From positions 34,499 through 98,498 of the forward strand of contig JBGARZ010000027.1 in assembly GCA_044229975.1 (NCBI GenBank): DNA of 64,000 nucleotides, given 5' to 3'. Shown piece by piece: positions 10,125 through 21,300 of this stretch; position 1 is the stretch's first letter; every line of letters starts with the position of its first letter. A model generated the notes under the pieces. It made no database searches. It saw only the letters and a program-made list of their open reading frames with translations, and was not told the DNA's origin. The position numbers were made by a program, and so were the translations under genes. The DNA is from Polyangiales bacterium. Its GTDB lineage: Bacteria > Myxococcota_A > Polyangia > Polyangiales > Ga0077539.

Positions 10125-10517
10125 AGGTAGAGCGCCGCTCCCGAAGCCGCGTCCGCGCCACGTCGGCGCCACGCACAGGGCCCAAAGCACGACGAGGTCA
10201 GCGCGCCCTTCGAGCAGGTCGACACCCGGCGTGTTCCACGCGATCACCGCGCTGCCCGCCCGCCGTCCTGCCCACGCCGCGAGAATTCCCCAGTGCGACA
10301 GGTCGAAGCGCGCGGGCTACGCGGTCGGGGGATGATCCGGATCGGCGTCGTAGTCCTTCAGGTACGGCGCGGCGACCCGCTCGGTGAAGAGCTGCGCGCC
10401 GTCGGGCCCCGCCTCCGCCGGGAGAACGATCAGGCGCTCGCTCACCTCGAACGCGATCGACACGCGCGCGTAGTCCGCGAGCGCGGCGGGTGGCTCCTCT
10501 CGAATCTCGACCGCCAT
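10125..10517 (-). pseudogene. GNAT acetyltransferase, interrupted and truncated
   Basis: MAVEIREE...DHPPTA, in-frame TAG at 10317-10319, then PARFDLSHWG...LWALCVAPTWRGRGFGSGAL (acetyl-CoA motif A); the rest of the fold is missing. Confidence 0.75.
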
Positions 10518-10575
10518 CAGCGGCCCATTCCACGACGGTTCGACACCGAACGACGAGGGCTCATGCGTCGATGGT

Positions 10576-11229
10576 TCAACGACTTGCCCGCGCGGCCCGA
10601 CGGTAGGCGAGCACGACCGCTGCGGCGATGACGAGGTCGAGCACCGCAACGCCGTTGACCTTCGGGACGCGAAACAGCGTCGACCCGCCGGGGTCGACTG
10701 GGAAGGTCAGGAAGGGGTCGAGACACGCGCACGCGACGAGCCCCGCCGCCGTCGCCGACGCGATCAGCGCGCGCCTCGCCCGCCGCCAGTGCAACCCGTT
10801 CGCGCCGTCGGGGCTGGCGGCCGTCGCGCGCCCGTCGGCGCGATAGGGGGTCGCCCCGCGCGTCATGTCGACCGCTGCGTCCGGTGCCCGCAGCGGCACG
10901 AGCAGGCACGGCAACGTCGCGGCGAGGAGCCACGGGAGCACCATCGTGCGCGCGCCCCAGTAGAAGAAGCAGGCGCATCCGCCCCGGAAGCAGCCGCTGG
11001 TGATCGGGAAGCACCACCCGAACGGGACATCGTTCTCGACCCACCACAGTGCGAGGAACGCCGAGAACGCGAGCACCGACAGCACCACCAGCACGGCCCA
11101 CGCCCGCAAGGTCCGATGGATCGTTCGGGTCTGCCGCGCGGCGAGGGCGTTGACCGCATCGACCATCGAGGCCGGTTGCTCGACGCCGATCGGGTCGGGA
11201 GCGGTAGTCACCGTCGGCTCGCCGGACAT
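10576..11229 (-). CDS. Hypothetical membrane protein
   Basis: ATG at 11229 (MSGEPTVTT); about four hydrophobic segments. Confidence 0.55.
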   Translation of the reverse strand: MSGEPTVTTAPDPIGVEQPASMVDAVNALAARQTRTIHRTLRAWAVLVVLSVLAFSAFLALWWVENDVPFGWCFPITSGCFRGGCACFFYWGARTMVLPWLLAATLPCLLVPLRAPDAAVDMTRGATPYRADGRATAASPDGANGLHWRRARRALIASATAAGLVACACLDPFLTFPVDPGGSTLFRVPKVNGVAVLDLVIAAAVVLAYRRAARASR

Positions 11230-11273
11230 GCGGGTCGGACAACGGGCGACGGAGATTGGTTCCGGCGTCGACG

Positions 11274-11802
11274 TCAGCTCTTCGAGTGCAGCCGACGAAG
11301 GGCTTCGAACTCGTCGGCGAGCTGCTGGTGATCGAACCCGTAGGCATCCGGTAGGCCGCACTCGTAGCCGCTGAAGGTGGCGTCGAGCTCCAGTAGGGTC
11401 TGGTTCGCCATCGCCCGGGTGGTCTCGGTGAGGTTGAAGCGCGACCGCGCGGTGGTCTTGCCGAAACGGCCCGTGCCAGAGCTCGAATCCGGTGACGCCG
11501 AACCCGGCGGCCTCGCTCCAGAGGTACGTCTGCTCGCGCCACAGCTTGCGAATCGTGAACCCGTCGCGACTCGCCCGAAGAAACGACGCGCGGGGCACCA
11601 GTTGGAGGCCGGCGACGACCCCGCAGACGCCGAAGAAGACGTTGGAACTCCACGCCACGACCTGGCCGAAGGCGTGCACGCGCTCGACGAGCAGCAACAC
11701 CCCGAGCGCGACGAGGCCGACGGAGAGCAGAACGCCACCGAGCGCGGTCACAGGTTTCGGTTGAAGGACCGTGACCTCGTCGCCTGAAAAGATCCGGCTC
11801 AT
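11274..11802 (-). pseudogene. Small membrane protein (two TM helices plus PH-like domain), apparently frameshifted near 11460
   Basis: RBS-preceded MSRIFSGDE..., two TM helices; plausible C-terminus (SGYECGLPDAYGFDHQQLADEF) lies in another frame. Confidence 0.55.
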
Positions 11803-12159
11803 CCCTCTCTCCTCACCGCCCGCAACCACCGTCCCTTGGACGTACTTTCGCGACGGGCCCTGGTTGGACGGCGAGCGTCGTCAGCCAGTGCGTCGCGGCC
11901 GCGGCGTGCGCCGCGAACAACTCCGCCGCCCGCTCCTCCGGCGGTCGCGTCGGCCCCCCGCCCGTCGATCTCGCCCGCCTACAGGAAGAACGCCTCACAG
12001 GACGGGTGGTCGTAGTCGTGTCCATCCGCGACTGGGCGAAGCGCCCGACGCCTCGTTGTGGGTTGTCACCCGCCCGCAGAGGCGCTCCGCCAATTCGCTT
12101 TCCGATCTGTAGACCAAGGCGGATCCGCGCCAACGAGGGTGCCGCGTTGGTTCGCCTAC

Positions 12160-12473
12160 TCGCCAAGCCTGACGGCGACGAGATCGAGCGCTTCCTGTGG
12201 CGCGAGGCGGCGATCGTCGCGCCGCGGCTGATCCTGCCGGTGGGGGCGCTCGCCATCGAGCAGGTGCTGGGGCACCGCGGGAGGATGGTGGAGGTGATCG
12301 GGACGCAGCAGCGCGCGCGGTATCACGGCGTCGAGGCGGACGTGATCGCGCTGCCTCACCCGAGCGGGGCGTCGGCGTGGCACCGCGTGGAGCCGGGCAA
12401 GGTGCTGCTCGCGAAGGCGCTGACGCTCATTGAGGTTCAACACCCGGCGTGGGTCGAGGCGACGGCTGACTGA
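12160..12473 (+). pseudogene. Uracil-DNA glycosylase family C-terminal fragment
   Basis: PRLILPVGALAI and LPHPSGASAW motifs; N-terminal half absent. Confidence 0.7.
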
Positions 12474-15400
12474 TCGGGCGCGTCAGGTCCACAGTGCGGC
12501 GGCCGCGACGACGGCGCGACAGCGCGCCCAGGAGGCCGATCGCCCACCACATGGCGGACGGGCCGCTCGTGGTCCCGGTTCGGCACCCGCATCCGCTGGT
12601 CGGCGTCGACGTCACCGGTCCGGCGTCGTCTCCCGCCGTCCCGTCCGCGTCGCTCGCGGCCGCATCGTCACCCAAGCCCGAGGCGTCGGCCGTCGCATCG
12701 TCGATCGAGGGAAGGCCCGCGTCGGTAACGTCCGTCACAGGCACGTCCGAGCGCCGACCCGCGTCAGTCGTGCCCGCGTCGGACGCAACCACGTCGGTCG
12801 CAACCACGTCGGTCGCAACCACGTCGGTCGCAACCACGTCGGTCGCAACCACGTCGGTCGTGCCCGCGTCGGTCGTGCCTACGTCGGTCGTGCCTACGTC
12901 GGTCGTGCCTACATCGGTCGTGCCCGCATCGGTCGCGCCCGCGTCGGTCGTCCCTCCGTCCGTAACGCCAACGTCCGCCGTCCCGACGTCCGCCGTCCCG
13001 CCGTCCGCCGTGCAGCTCGTGATGGGCGCGGTCGTGCAGGTGCCGGGCTCGACGCAACGGTCGGTCGTGCAGGGGTTGCCGTCGTCGCAGACCCGCGCGG
13101 TCCCCGCCTGGCAGGCGCCGCCCCGACACGTCTCGCTGCCGTTGCAGGACAGCGAGTCGTCGCAGGGGCTGCCGTCGGTCCGGAACCCGTCCGCCGGGCA
13201 GGACAACAAAACCCCGTTGCACGTCTCGGCGACGTCGCAGACGCCGACCGACGCGCGGCACACCGACCCCGACGCGCGAGTCGCGCAGGTGCCGTTGACG
13301 GAGGCGCCGGTCGCCACGCTGCACGCCACGCAGTCGTTCGTCAGACCCAGGCCGCAGGCGGTGTTGCAGCACACGCCGTCCGCGCAGAAGCCGGACACGC
13401 ACCCGGCCGCCGTGGTGCAAGCCGCCCCGAGGGCGGCCGGCGCCGGGGAGGGTCCCACGATCGCCGCCCGCAGCCGATAGTTGCCGTACGGTGACGCGGG
13501 GGCGAATTCGCGCCACGTGATCAGCCAGCGCCGCGAGCCGAGGTTGTTCAGGCGCCACTCCGTGCTCGACAGGAGCCCAATCGAGGCGCTCGACACACCC
13601 AGCCCGGGCGCCGCGATGGACAGGTCCTCGCCGACGTCGAAGGTCGAGAGGCGGTCGTCGACCAGCGCGCCGTAGAGGGTCGTGCCGTCGGGGTCAGCGC
13701 TGATCCGGTACGACGACTGCGACGACCGAGACGCGGGGGCCCCCGTGACCAGGGCGTAGCTGGTGCCGTCGGGGCTGAGGGTGCTCCGCGAGAGCGTCAT
13801 GCGGCGGGTGGTGCTGAAGATGTCGGTGCCTGTTCCCAAGGCCGCCGTCACGGTGCGGCCCCGCACGGAGACGTCCGCGCCCACCACCGTGCTGGTGCTC
13901 GTGGTGGAGAAGATCGTGCGGCTGAAGGTGGCGTGCAGGCTGCCCGGGAGTCCCTGCGCGTACACCGAGAGGGTCGTCTGACCCCCGGACGTCACGGACC
14001 GGCTGCCCCACGTCACGCACCCGGTGACGTCGCAGGACAGCGGCAGCGCGTTGCCGCTGTACGCCGAGCGGGCAGCGACCAGCGTGCCCGAGGGGGAGAG
14101 GACGCGGCCGTCCGCGGGGTCGACACGTACCTGGTAGAAGCCGTCGGCCTGGGTGAGCATCGCGACGAAGCTGGTGCCGTCGAAGCCCAGGCCGCGGACG
14201 GAGTACTGCGAGGTGGCGTAGGCCACGGGCGTCAGCCGCACGGGCGTCGCGTCGAGGACCGAGAGGTCGGCGGCGCTCAAGCGGGCGCCCTGGACGAGAC
14301 CGCTGCAATTGGTCCCGTCGCTCCAGGCCACGAACCAACGCCCGCCGCCCGCGGTCACGGCCGGGCACGAGCCGACGGCAGAGAGCGGCACCGCCGGGAC
14401 GTCCAGCACCGCGCCGTCCGACCCGCGCACCCGCGCGGCGTAGATGCCGGTCCCGCTGCCGTTGCGCCGCTCGCGCCAGACCACCAGGGCGTTCGTCCCG
14501 TCGAATGCGACCACCGGATCGTCTTGGATGGCGGCGACCACGCCGAGGTCCATCACCTGCGCGTCGGAGGGCGCCGCCGCGCCGGTGATCGGAACCGCCC
14601 GCACCCACTGCCTGGACGGCGCTGAACTCGAAGGCGAGGTTGAGGTCCATTGACCGCCGATGATCCAGCGGTCTGCGAGGCCGACGATCGCGGCGGACAC
14701 TACCTGCGAGAAGCGCGTCGTGGAGACGGTCTGCGGTGAGGCATCGACGAGCGCGCCGGTCGCGGCGTTGACGCGCGCGAACCTGAGTGAGGGGTTCAGG
14801 TCACCGATGCTCCACGCCACGCCGAGGTTGGTGCCGACGCGGGCCATCGCGGGACCCTCCGAGGGCTTCGCCGGGCCGAGGGTGACGGGGCCCGCGCCCA
14901 TCACCTGGAGGTTGTCGGGCCGGAGGAGCGCGACCTGCGTGGTCGACGAGGTCTGGGCGACGGTGGTGCGGGAGTTCCACGCGACCTGCCACGACGCCGC
15001 GTCCCCAGTGATGGCGAGGGGCGTCGTGCTGACCCCGGTGAGCGGCACCGGCGGGACGTCCACCGGGACCGTCGCGGTGCTGCGCACTCGGGTGACGGTG
15101 GGGGTGGAATTGCTCCAGCCGACGAGGAAGTCCGTCCCGTTGGTGCCGACGGAGGGGTTCTCGCGCGCGGTCGCGATGGTGACCGGCTCCGCGTCGAGCA
15201 GGAGTCCGGTCCCGGCGGCGAAGCGCGCCGCGATCATCACCCCGCTGTTGATCGTCGCGGCCGCGAGGCAGACCGTGGCGGTGCAGGCCATGCCGCCCGC
15301 GGTCACGGTGGCTCCAGCGCGCGCGATCTGTCTGGGCGCGTCCGTCAACGGCCCGCTGAACGGGACGGTGTAGATCGAGAGGGCGGTGGACGTGGGCACC

Positions 15401-16317
15401 GCGACCCGGAAGCCGCCCGGCGTCGCCGCCACGGAGAGGTCCGGCAGGGTCGTGCTGGCGAAGGTCAGGTAGTTCGCGAGCGGGATGCCCGCGGGGTCGA
15501 GCACCTCGCCGGTGGCGGTGTTGAAGCGCGCCACGATGACGTTGTTGGAGTTCGAAGGGAGGCTGGCGCCGGGCGCGACCACGACGCGGACCTCGAACCA
15601 GGCCGCGAGGCCGACCGTGCCGTCGGGCGAGACCGCGAGCGACGGGAACTCGCCGCCCCGCGCGGGGTTGCCGCTCGCGGGCGTCGGGCCCGGCACGATG
15701 GACTGCTGGAGCACGGGGTCGAGCACCGCCGGGTACCGCGCGTCCCGCAGCGCCTCGGCCGGCACGCGGAGCACGATCGCCGAGTCCTCCCACCGCGCCG
15801 GCACCTCGACCCTGCGCCCGTCGGCGTCGACCCAGGTCGCGTGCGAGTAGACGAGCGACGTGCCGGGTCGGGCGGAGAAGTGCAGCCCGTCGGCGTCGGC
15901 GGACGTGAAGGAGGCGCCGTCGAGCCCCACCCGCACGACCAGGTCGCCCCCGGTCGGGGGGCGCGCGTCGAAGCGCCAGCGCTGCTCGACGCCCGTCGCC
16001 CGCGGGACCACTTCCTCGACGCAGTGCTCCCACGGTAGCGTCGGCGCGCCCGCCCCGACGAGCGACGGGAGCCGCAGCTCGCTCCGCTGGCCGATCGCCA
16101 CCGAGGCCGTGCGCAGGTGGAGCGTGGCCTGCGGCTCGTCGGAGACGAGGGAGACGACGCCCTGCGACGCGGAGACGCGCCACGACCCATCGTCGGCGAG
16201 CGGCGACGCGGCGGAGGGGGTTTCGGGCCCCGGCGTGGATGTCACGTCGGGCGCGCCGCACGCGGTCAGCGCAACGGAAAACACCAGCGGCCAGAGACGG
16301 TTCTGACGTATGGACAT
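12427..16317 (-). CDS. Large MYXO-CTERM surface lipoprotein
   Basis: Lipobox LTACG after MSIRQNR; beta-rich body; Cys-rich disintegrin-like part; D/T-rich linker; GCGCR...hydrophobic...RRRR tail. Confidence 0.85.
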   Translation of the reverse strand: MSIRQNRLWPLVFSVALTACGAPDVTSTPGPETPSAASPLADDGSWRVSASQGVVSLVSDEPQATLHLRTASVAIGQRSELRLPSLVGAGAPTLPWEHCVEEVVPRATGVEQRWRFDARPPTGGDLVVRVGLDGASFTSADADGLHFSARPGTSLVYSHATWVDADGRRVEVPARWEDSAIVLRVPAEALRDARYPAVLDPVLQQSIVPGPTPASGNPARGGEFPSLAVSPDGTVGLAAWFEVRVVVAPGASLPSNSNNVIVARFNTATGEVLDPAGIPLANYLTFASTTLPDLSVAATPGGFRVAVPTSTALSIYTVPFSGPLTDAPRQIARAGATVTAGGMACTATVCLAAATINSGVMIAARFAAGTGLLLDAEPVTIATARENPSVGTNGTDFLVGWSNSTPTVTRVRSTATVPVDVPPVPLTGVSTTPLAITGDAASWQVAWNSRTTVAQTSSTTQVALLRPDNLQVMGAGPVTLGPAKPSEGPAMARVGTNLGVAWSIGDLNPSLRFARVNAATGALVDASPQTVSTTRFSQVVSAAIVGLADRWIIGGQWTSTSPSSSAPSRQWVRAVPITGAAAPSDAQVMDLGVVAAIQDDPVVAFDGTNALVVWRERRNGSGTGIYAARVRGSDGAVLDVPAVPLSAVGSCPAVTAGGGRWFVAWSDGTNCSGLVQGARLSAADLSVLDATPVRLTPVAYATSQYSVRGLGFDGTSFVAMLTQADGFYQVRVDPADGRVLSPSGTLVAARSAYSGNALPLSCDVTGCVTWGSRSVTSGGQTTLSVYAQGLPGSLHATFSRTIFSTTSTSTVVGADVSVRGRTVTAALGTGTDIFSTTRRMTLSRSTLSPDGTSYALVTGAPASRSSQSSYRISADPDGTTLYGALVDDRLSTFDVGEDLSIAAPGLGVSSASIGLLSSTEWRLNNLGSRRWLITWREFAPASPYGNYRLRAAIVGPSPAPAALGAACTTAAGCVSGFCADGVCCNTACGLGLTNDCVACSVATGASVNGTCATRASGSVCRASVGVCDVAETCNGVLLSCPADGFRTDGSPCDDSLSCNGSETCRGGACQAGTARVCDDGNPCTTDRCVEPGTCTTAPITSCTADGGTADVGTADVGVTDGGTTDAGATDAGTTDVGTTDVGTTDVGTTDAGTTDVVATDVVATDVVATDVVATDVVASDAGTTDAGRRSDVPVTDVTDAGLPSIDDATADASGLGDDAAASDADGTAGDDAGPVTSTPTSGCGCRTGTTSGPSAMWWAIGLLGALSRRRRGRRTVDLTRPISQPSPRPTPGVEPQ
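12770..12955. repeat. 15-bp coding tandem repeats (TDVVA / TDVGT / TDAGT)
   Basis: cgcaaccacgtcggt x5 followed by cgtgcctacgtcggt variants. Confidence 0.9.
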
Positions 16318-16432
16318 GGATCGTTCCCCCAGGGGTGGGACGTCGACGACCTCCCTGCAGGGGTCGGTCGCGGACGATCGGGGGGACGCTAACATGCGAG
16401 CGAAGACTCGCGGAGGGTGCGGGGCGTTCAGA

Positions 16433-18183
16433 GCGCGTCTTCCGCACCCTGGACGTCCGACCCGTTCGCGCAGAAAGTATGCTGCCGACCGATCGAGTGT
16501 GGCCCTCCAACAGGCGTGAGATCCGCGCCAGCTTTCGGCCACGTGCTTCGGCGCCCGACGTATCGGTCGAGGCGCTCGACGCGGTGCCCTGCGGTCGCGC
16601 GGCGCTGCGGCTCGGCCTGATCCGCCGGATGGGCGTGGGTGCGGTGATCGACACTCGGCTGCCGAGGGAGTCGGAGCTGTCGCACGGCGCCGTGATCGAG
16701 GTGCTGATGCTCAGCCGCCTGCTCGACCCGCATCCGCTTTCGCGCATCGAGGATTGGATGCGCGCCTCGGGTGTGGACGTGCTGCTCGGCCTCGACGCCG
16801 CCAAGTGCAATTGACGACCGCATCGGCTGCACCCTTGACGCGCTCGGCGACAAGGTGCGCGACGCTCAGACCGCCCTCACCATGAGTCTGATCGGGACCC
16901 TCGCCCTGCGCACGATCGACGCCCACTACGACACCACCAGTCTCTGGCTCGAAGGTGCCTACGAGGACAGCGAGCTCGCCGCGCGCGGCCACAGCAAGGA
17001 CGGGCGCAGCGATCACAAGCAGATCGTCGTGGGCACCGTCACCACCGAGGACGGCGAGGTGCCGCGCGCTCACGCCGTCCATCGCGGCAACACCGCCGAC
17101 GTCTCGACGGTCCCGGAGGCGCTGCGCTCGCTGCGTGCCTGCGTCCCTCACGATCCTGTCGTCGTCAGCGGCGACAGCGGATGTGGTCGCGCGCCAACAT
17201 GGACGCCGTCGCAGCGGCCGACGGCATCTTCCTCGTGCCGATCGCGATGGGGCCCAAGGTCGTGCAGTGGGTCTGCGCCGCCGAGCCCACGACGGAAGTG
17301 ACCGGGTCACTCCAACGGCAGCGGGAGCCGGTGCGGTACCTAGCCTGCCTCGCGGGCCGCTTCCCGGTGAATGGCGTCGCCGACGCGGGGACGCATCTGG
17401 TGATCTTCGATCCGCGCCTAGCAGGAGGCCACCGAACGCACGCGGGCACGAGCGCGGTTGGAGACGGGACTGGATGCGCTGGCGGCGTCGCTCAACCAAG
17501 GCCGAATGAAGACGCTGGAGACGGCCCAGAAGAAGCTGCGGACGCTGCTCACACGCCACGGCCTGGCCGCACGCTACCTATCCACGGAAGTTCTGTCCGA
17601 GTCGGGTCTGCTGGCGCTGCGTCGCACGCGCGACGAGGCCGCGCGGTCGGCGGCGCCGCGCCGCGACGGCCGGTGGCCGCTGGTGACCAACCGTACGGGC
17701 CTCTCGGAAGAGGCGCTGTGCGAGTGGGCCGTGCGCCGGTACAAGGGGCGCGGTCGGATCGAGCGGGACCACCACCTGCTCAAGGGTCCATTGGCGGTGC
17801 ACCCGTTGTTCGTGCAGAACGACGCGCGCATCCGCTCGCTGGTGGCGGTGTGCGTGTGGGCGCTGACGGCGTGGACGCTGATGGAGCGTCAGGCCTCGGG
17901 GGCGTTGGCTTCGATCCCGCCGACGGGACGCACGCGCGCGCCATTGGTCGATCGGGTAGAGGTTTTCTTTCAGGCCGTCGCGCTCGTGCGGTTCCGCGTG
18001 GGAAGCGAGGTGCGGCAGAGCGTTGGCGCGCTGCCGTCCCGCACCCAGAGCGTGCTCCATTCGCTCGGGTGGCACGGCGAGGTGCGGGTGATCCTCGACG
18101 TCGCCACCCACGCGCAGCTCCAGGTCTAACGACCGACGCTGCCAGCCCAGGGAGGGCGGACGTTCAGGGGGCGGAAGACGGGC
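16433..18183 (+). mobile_element. IS1634-like insertion sequence with decayed transposase
   Basis: Terminal IRs gcgcgtcttccgcaccctggacgtccg / cggacgttcagggggcggaagacgggc; 5-bp direct repeat TCAGA at 16428-16432 and 18184-18188. Confidence 0.85.
16540..18129 (+). pseudogene. IS1634-family DDE transposase, frameshifted into about four pieces
   Basis: NDDRIG.TLDAL, HYDTTS, GHSKDGRSDHKQ, GNTAD, GDSG, IERDHHLLKG.LAVHPLF segments in different frames. Confidence 0.85.
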
Positions 18184-18371
18184 TCAGAACCCCGGCAGCC
18201 GCAACTGGACGCCCTGGAGACACCACTGCGGCAGCCACATTCACGCTGGCTCGCCGGGTACGTCCATGCGTACGACAAGGCGCCAATGCAGGAGCCCGGC
18301 GAAAGGAGCTCGTGGGTGGTCTTGCTGCGGGCAGGGTTGAGCGTGCGACGAGGGCGGTCGACGTGACGGGG

Positions 18372-21300
18372 TCAGGCTCGCTCTCGACGGCGCCTCGGGA
18401 GCGCCACGAGCGCAAGAAGCCACCACGCCGAACGGGGCGACGAGGCGTCGCCCGCGGTCGTGCACGAGCAGCCCGAGCGACCTCCCACGTCCGTCCCGCC
18501 TCCCACGTCTATCCCGCCGCCCGCGGCGTCCGCGGGGGCGGTGCGATCGACCGCGACGTCCGTGGTGACCGCGTCCGCGGGGGCGGTGCGATCGACCGCG
18601 ACGTCCGTGCTGACCGCGTCCGAGACTACGGCGTCCGCCATGGTAGCGGCGTCGACCGCGACGTCCGTGGTGACCGCGTCCGAGACGACGGCGTCCGCGC
18701 TCGCGGCGTCCGCCGTAGCGACGTCGGCAGTCGCGACGTCGGTGAACGCTGCGTCCGAGGGCCCGGTATCCGCGACTGCGACCGTGCCGTCCGAGGCCGG
18801 CCTGTCCGTCGCAGGAACGTCGCGCGCGCCCGCGTCGGGTGAGCCGAGGTCGGAGGCGACCGGGGCGTCCGTGCCGGCGTCACGAGCCCCGGCGTCCACG
18901 ACCGCGTCGGCGACGCCAGTGTCGGCGGTCGATGCGTCGGCTCCGGCGTCGGCGCCGAGCGACGCGTTGCTGATCGAGACGAGGCTGATGCGCGTCCGGG
19001 AGACGAGCGGATCGTTCTTCGCGTAGGCGACGTAGGTGACCCCATCGCCGAGCGACGCGACGGAGATCGGGACCGATCCGAAGATCAGCGGGCTGCCCGT
19101 GATCTCGGCCACCCGGATGGGCGCGGCGTCGAGGCGGTCGCCGTGCGACGACATCCGCTGAGCGGTGACGTAGCGCCGGAAGGGGTAGCCGATGTCCCCG
19201 TCGGTGTTGATCAGCACGTGCTGGGTGCCGTCGAAGACCCGCTCCCGCCACGGCGCGGTGCCCGGACCGGGGACGTCACGGACCACCGTCCAGTCGGGCA
19301 TGAGCTCGATCGTGCGGAACGTTGTGCCGAGCGAGAGCACGAGGAGCAGGCGACCACCGCCCGCGTACAGTGTCGCGCCGGTGTACACCGACGTCGTGAT
19401 CCGTCGCGGGGAGCCGTCGATGGGGTCGCCGTTGCGGTCGAAGCGGATCCCGTACACCCCCGGCGCGGGGCTGGTGTCCCAGTTGACGAACGCGAAGTAG
19501 ACGGTGTCGCCGATCGTCTCCATCGACGCGGCGCACCCGTCCGGCGGGCCGTTGCCGACGACGTATGGGCTGCGGGAGGTCACGTCGTAGCCGGGGCCGA
19601 TCCACATCACGCTTCGGCAGCGCTGCGCCGCGATGAAGCCGCTCGTGGTGTTGCGCATCCGCTCGAAGCTGTACTTCGTCGAGCTCCCGAAGATGGATGC
19701 CGTCGCTGCGGCGCGGGTGGTGCCGCCCGAGCGATCGAGGCTGATAGTGGCGATCCCGTAGCGCGACGTGGACACCGAGTACGGGCTGTTGAGGAGGAGG
19801 TAGTCGCTGCCGTTGAAGGCACCCTGTAGCCCCTGCACCGCGGCGAGGAACGGACCGCTCGCCAGCGGGATCGGGACCGCCGTCGAGGTGGGCATCATCG
19901 GCAAGCCGCCGCGCACCCGCATCGCGCGGTAGCCCCCGCTCAGGCCCCCGTCGCCCTCGGTCACCCAGGTTACGAAGAGGTCGCTCCCGTCGTGGAAGAG
20001 CGCGGCCGCCGACTGCGCCTGGATGTACGCGTAGAGCCCGGTGACGGGGCCGACGGGCGTGTTGGTGACGCCGTAGGTCGCGGCCCCGAGGGTGGAGCTG
20101 TTCACGACCAGGAGGCTGCTCGCCGTACCCGCGGCGAGGCTCTGCGCGGGCTCGGCGGCGCCGACCGGGCCGAGTGGCGTGCCCGTCGCGTCGAGCCGCA
20201 TGCGACCGGCGCGGGCGAGGACGTACTGGGTCCCGGTCCAGCTCAGCGTGCATCGCGCGGCCCCGCCGGTGCCGAGGTACCTCGGGTCGCCGACCGGCGC
20301 GCCCGCGTCGTCGAGCTGTGACGCGTAGACGCCCGCCGCACGGGTGCCCGTGGCCCGGCTGGCCGACCAGACGAGCAGCGCCGAGGTGCCGTTGCTCGCG
20401 AGACAACCCGCGACGCGGTCGTAGCCCCAGCTCGACACGGCGTGGCCCTCGGGCTCGGCGAGGGTCCCGTCGGCGCGCACCTTGACGACGCGGGCGTCGC
20501 GCGAGGTCGTACCGAAGGTCACGTCCGTCCACGCGACGAGGAAGCCCCCGGCCGCGGGCGCGACGCGGGGTCCGGTGACCGCGGCGATCTCGAAGTGCAG
20601 CCGCGAGCGCGCCAGAGACGTTGGGGCCCGACCGCGCAGGTCGCGGATCGACCCCGCGAGCCGCCCGGTGTCCCCCAGGTCGCTGTCGTCGGTCGACCGC
20701 CAGGTGCCTACGGTCATGCAGTCGCTCGCGCCGCACGCCGCGTCGTCGACCACGTCGTAGAGACGCGTGTCACCCGCGCCGGCCTCCGACGACGGCGACG
20801 GGGTCGCCAGCGGGTCGCCCGTACCGGGCAGCTCGTACACGTCGGGGACTCCGCCGGGCCCGCGCGAGAAGAGCAGCCACCCGGTGCCGGCCCTCGCCAC
20901 GCGCAGCCAGGCCCCGGGGCGCGGCAGGCGGAACACCGTGCGGTCGATCACCCGCCCCGCCGCGTCGAGGCGCTGCCCCTCGCCGGGGGTGGTGTCCAGC
21001 CTGTCCGTAGGCGCCCACCAGAGGAGGTAGCCCGGCCCCCCGGCGGTGAGCGCGAGGGGGTAAGTCGGAGCGTAGGCGCTGACGGCGGGCTGCGCCTCGA
21101 CCGCGACCTCGGGGTCGAGCACCGCGGGGAAGCGCGACGCGGCCACCACGTCGTCGGGGACCTCCAGCACGATGGCCCCGCCGCGCCACGTCGCCGCGAC
21201 CGGGGTGCGACGACCGTCGGCGTCGACCCAGGTCCCGTGCCCGTAGCGGAGTCGCAGCGAGCCCGGCCCGCGGAGGTGCAGGCCCTCGCCGTCGGCGCGA

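Noticed and set aside
10317..10319. In-frame TAG as pyrrolysine or programmed readthrough
   Set aside because: It sits where Trp (TGG) is plausible, the gene is also truncated, and no pyl genes are present; simple decay fits better.
10125..11830. Integron cassette array
   Set aside because: Small co-oriented genes, but no convincing attC structure and no integrase.
12770..12955. Short repeats as a CRISPR array
   Set aside because: Contiguous 15-bp coding repeats with no spacers and no cas genes.
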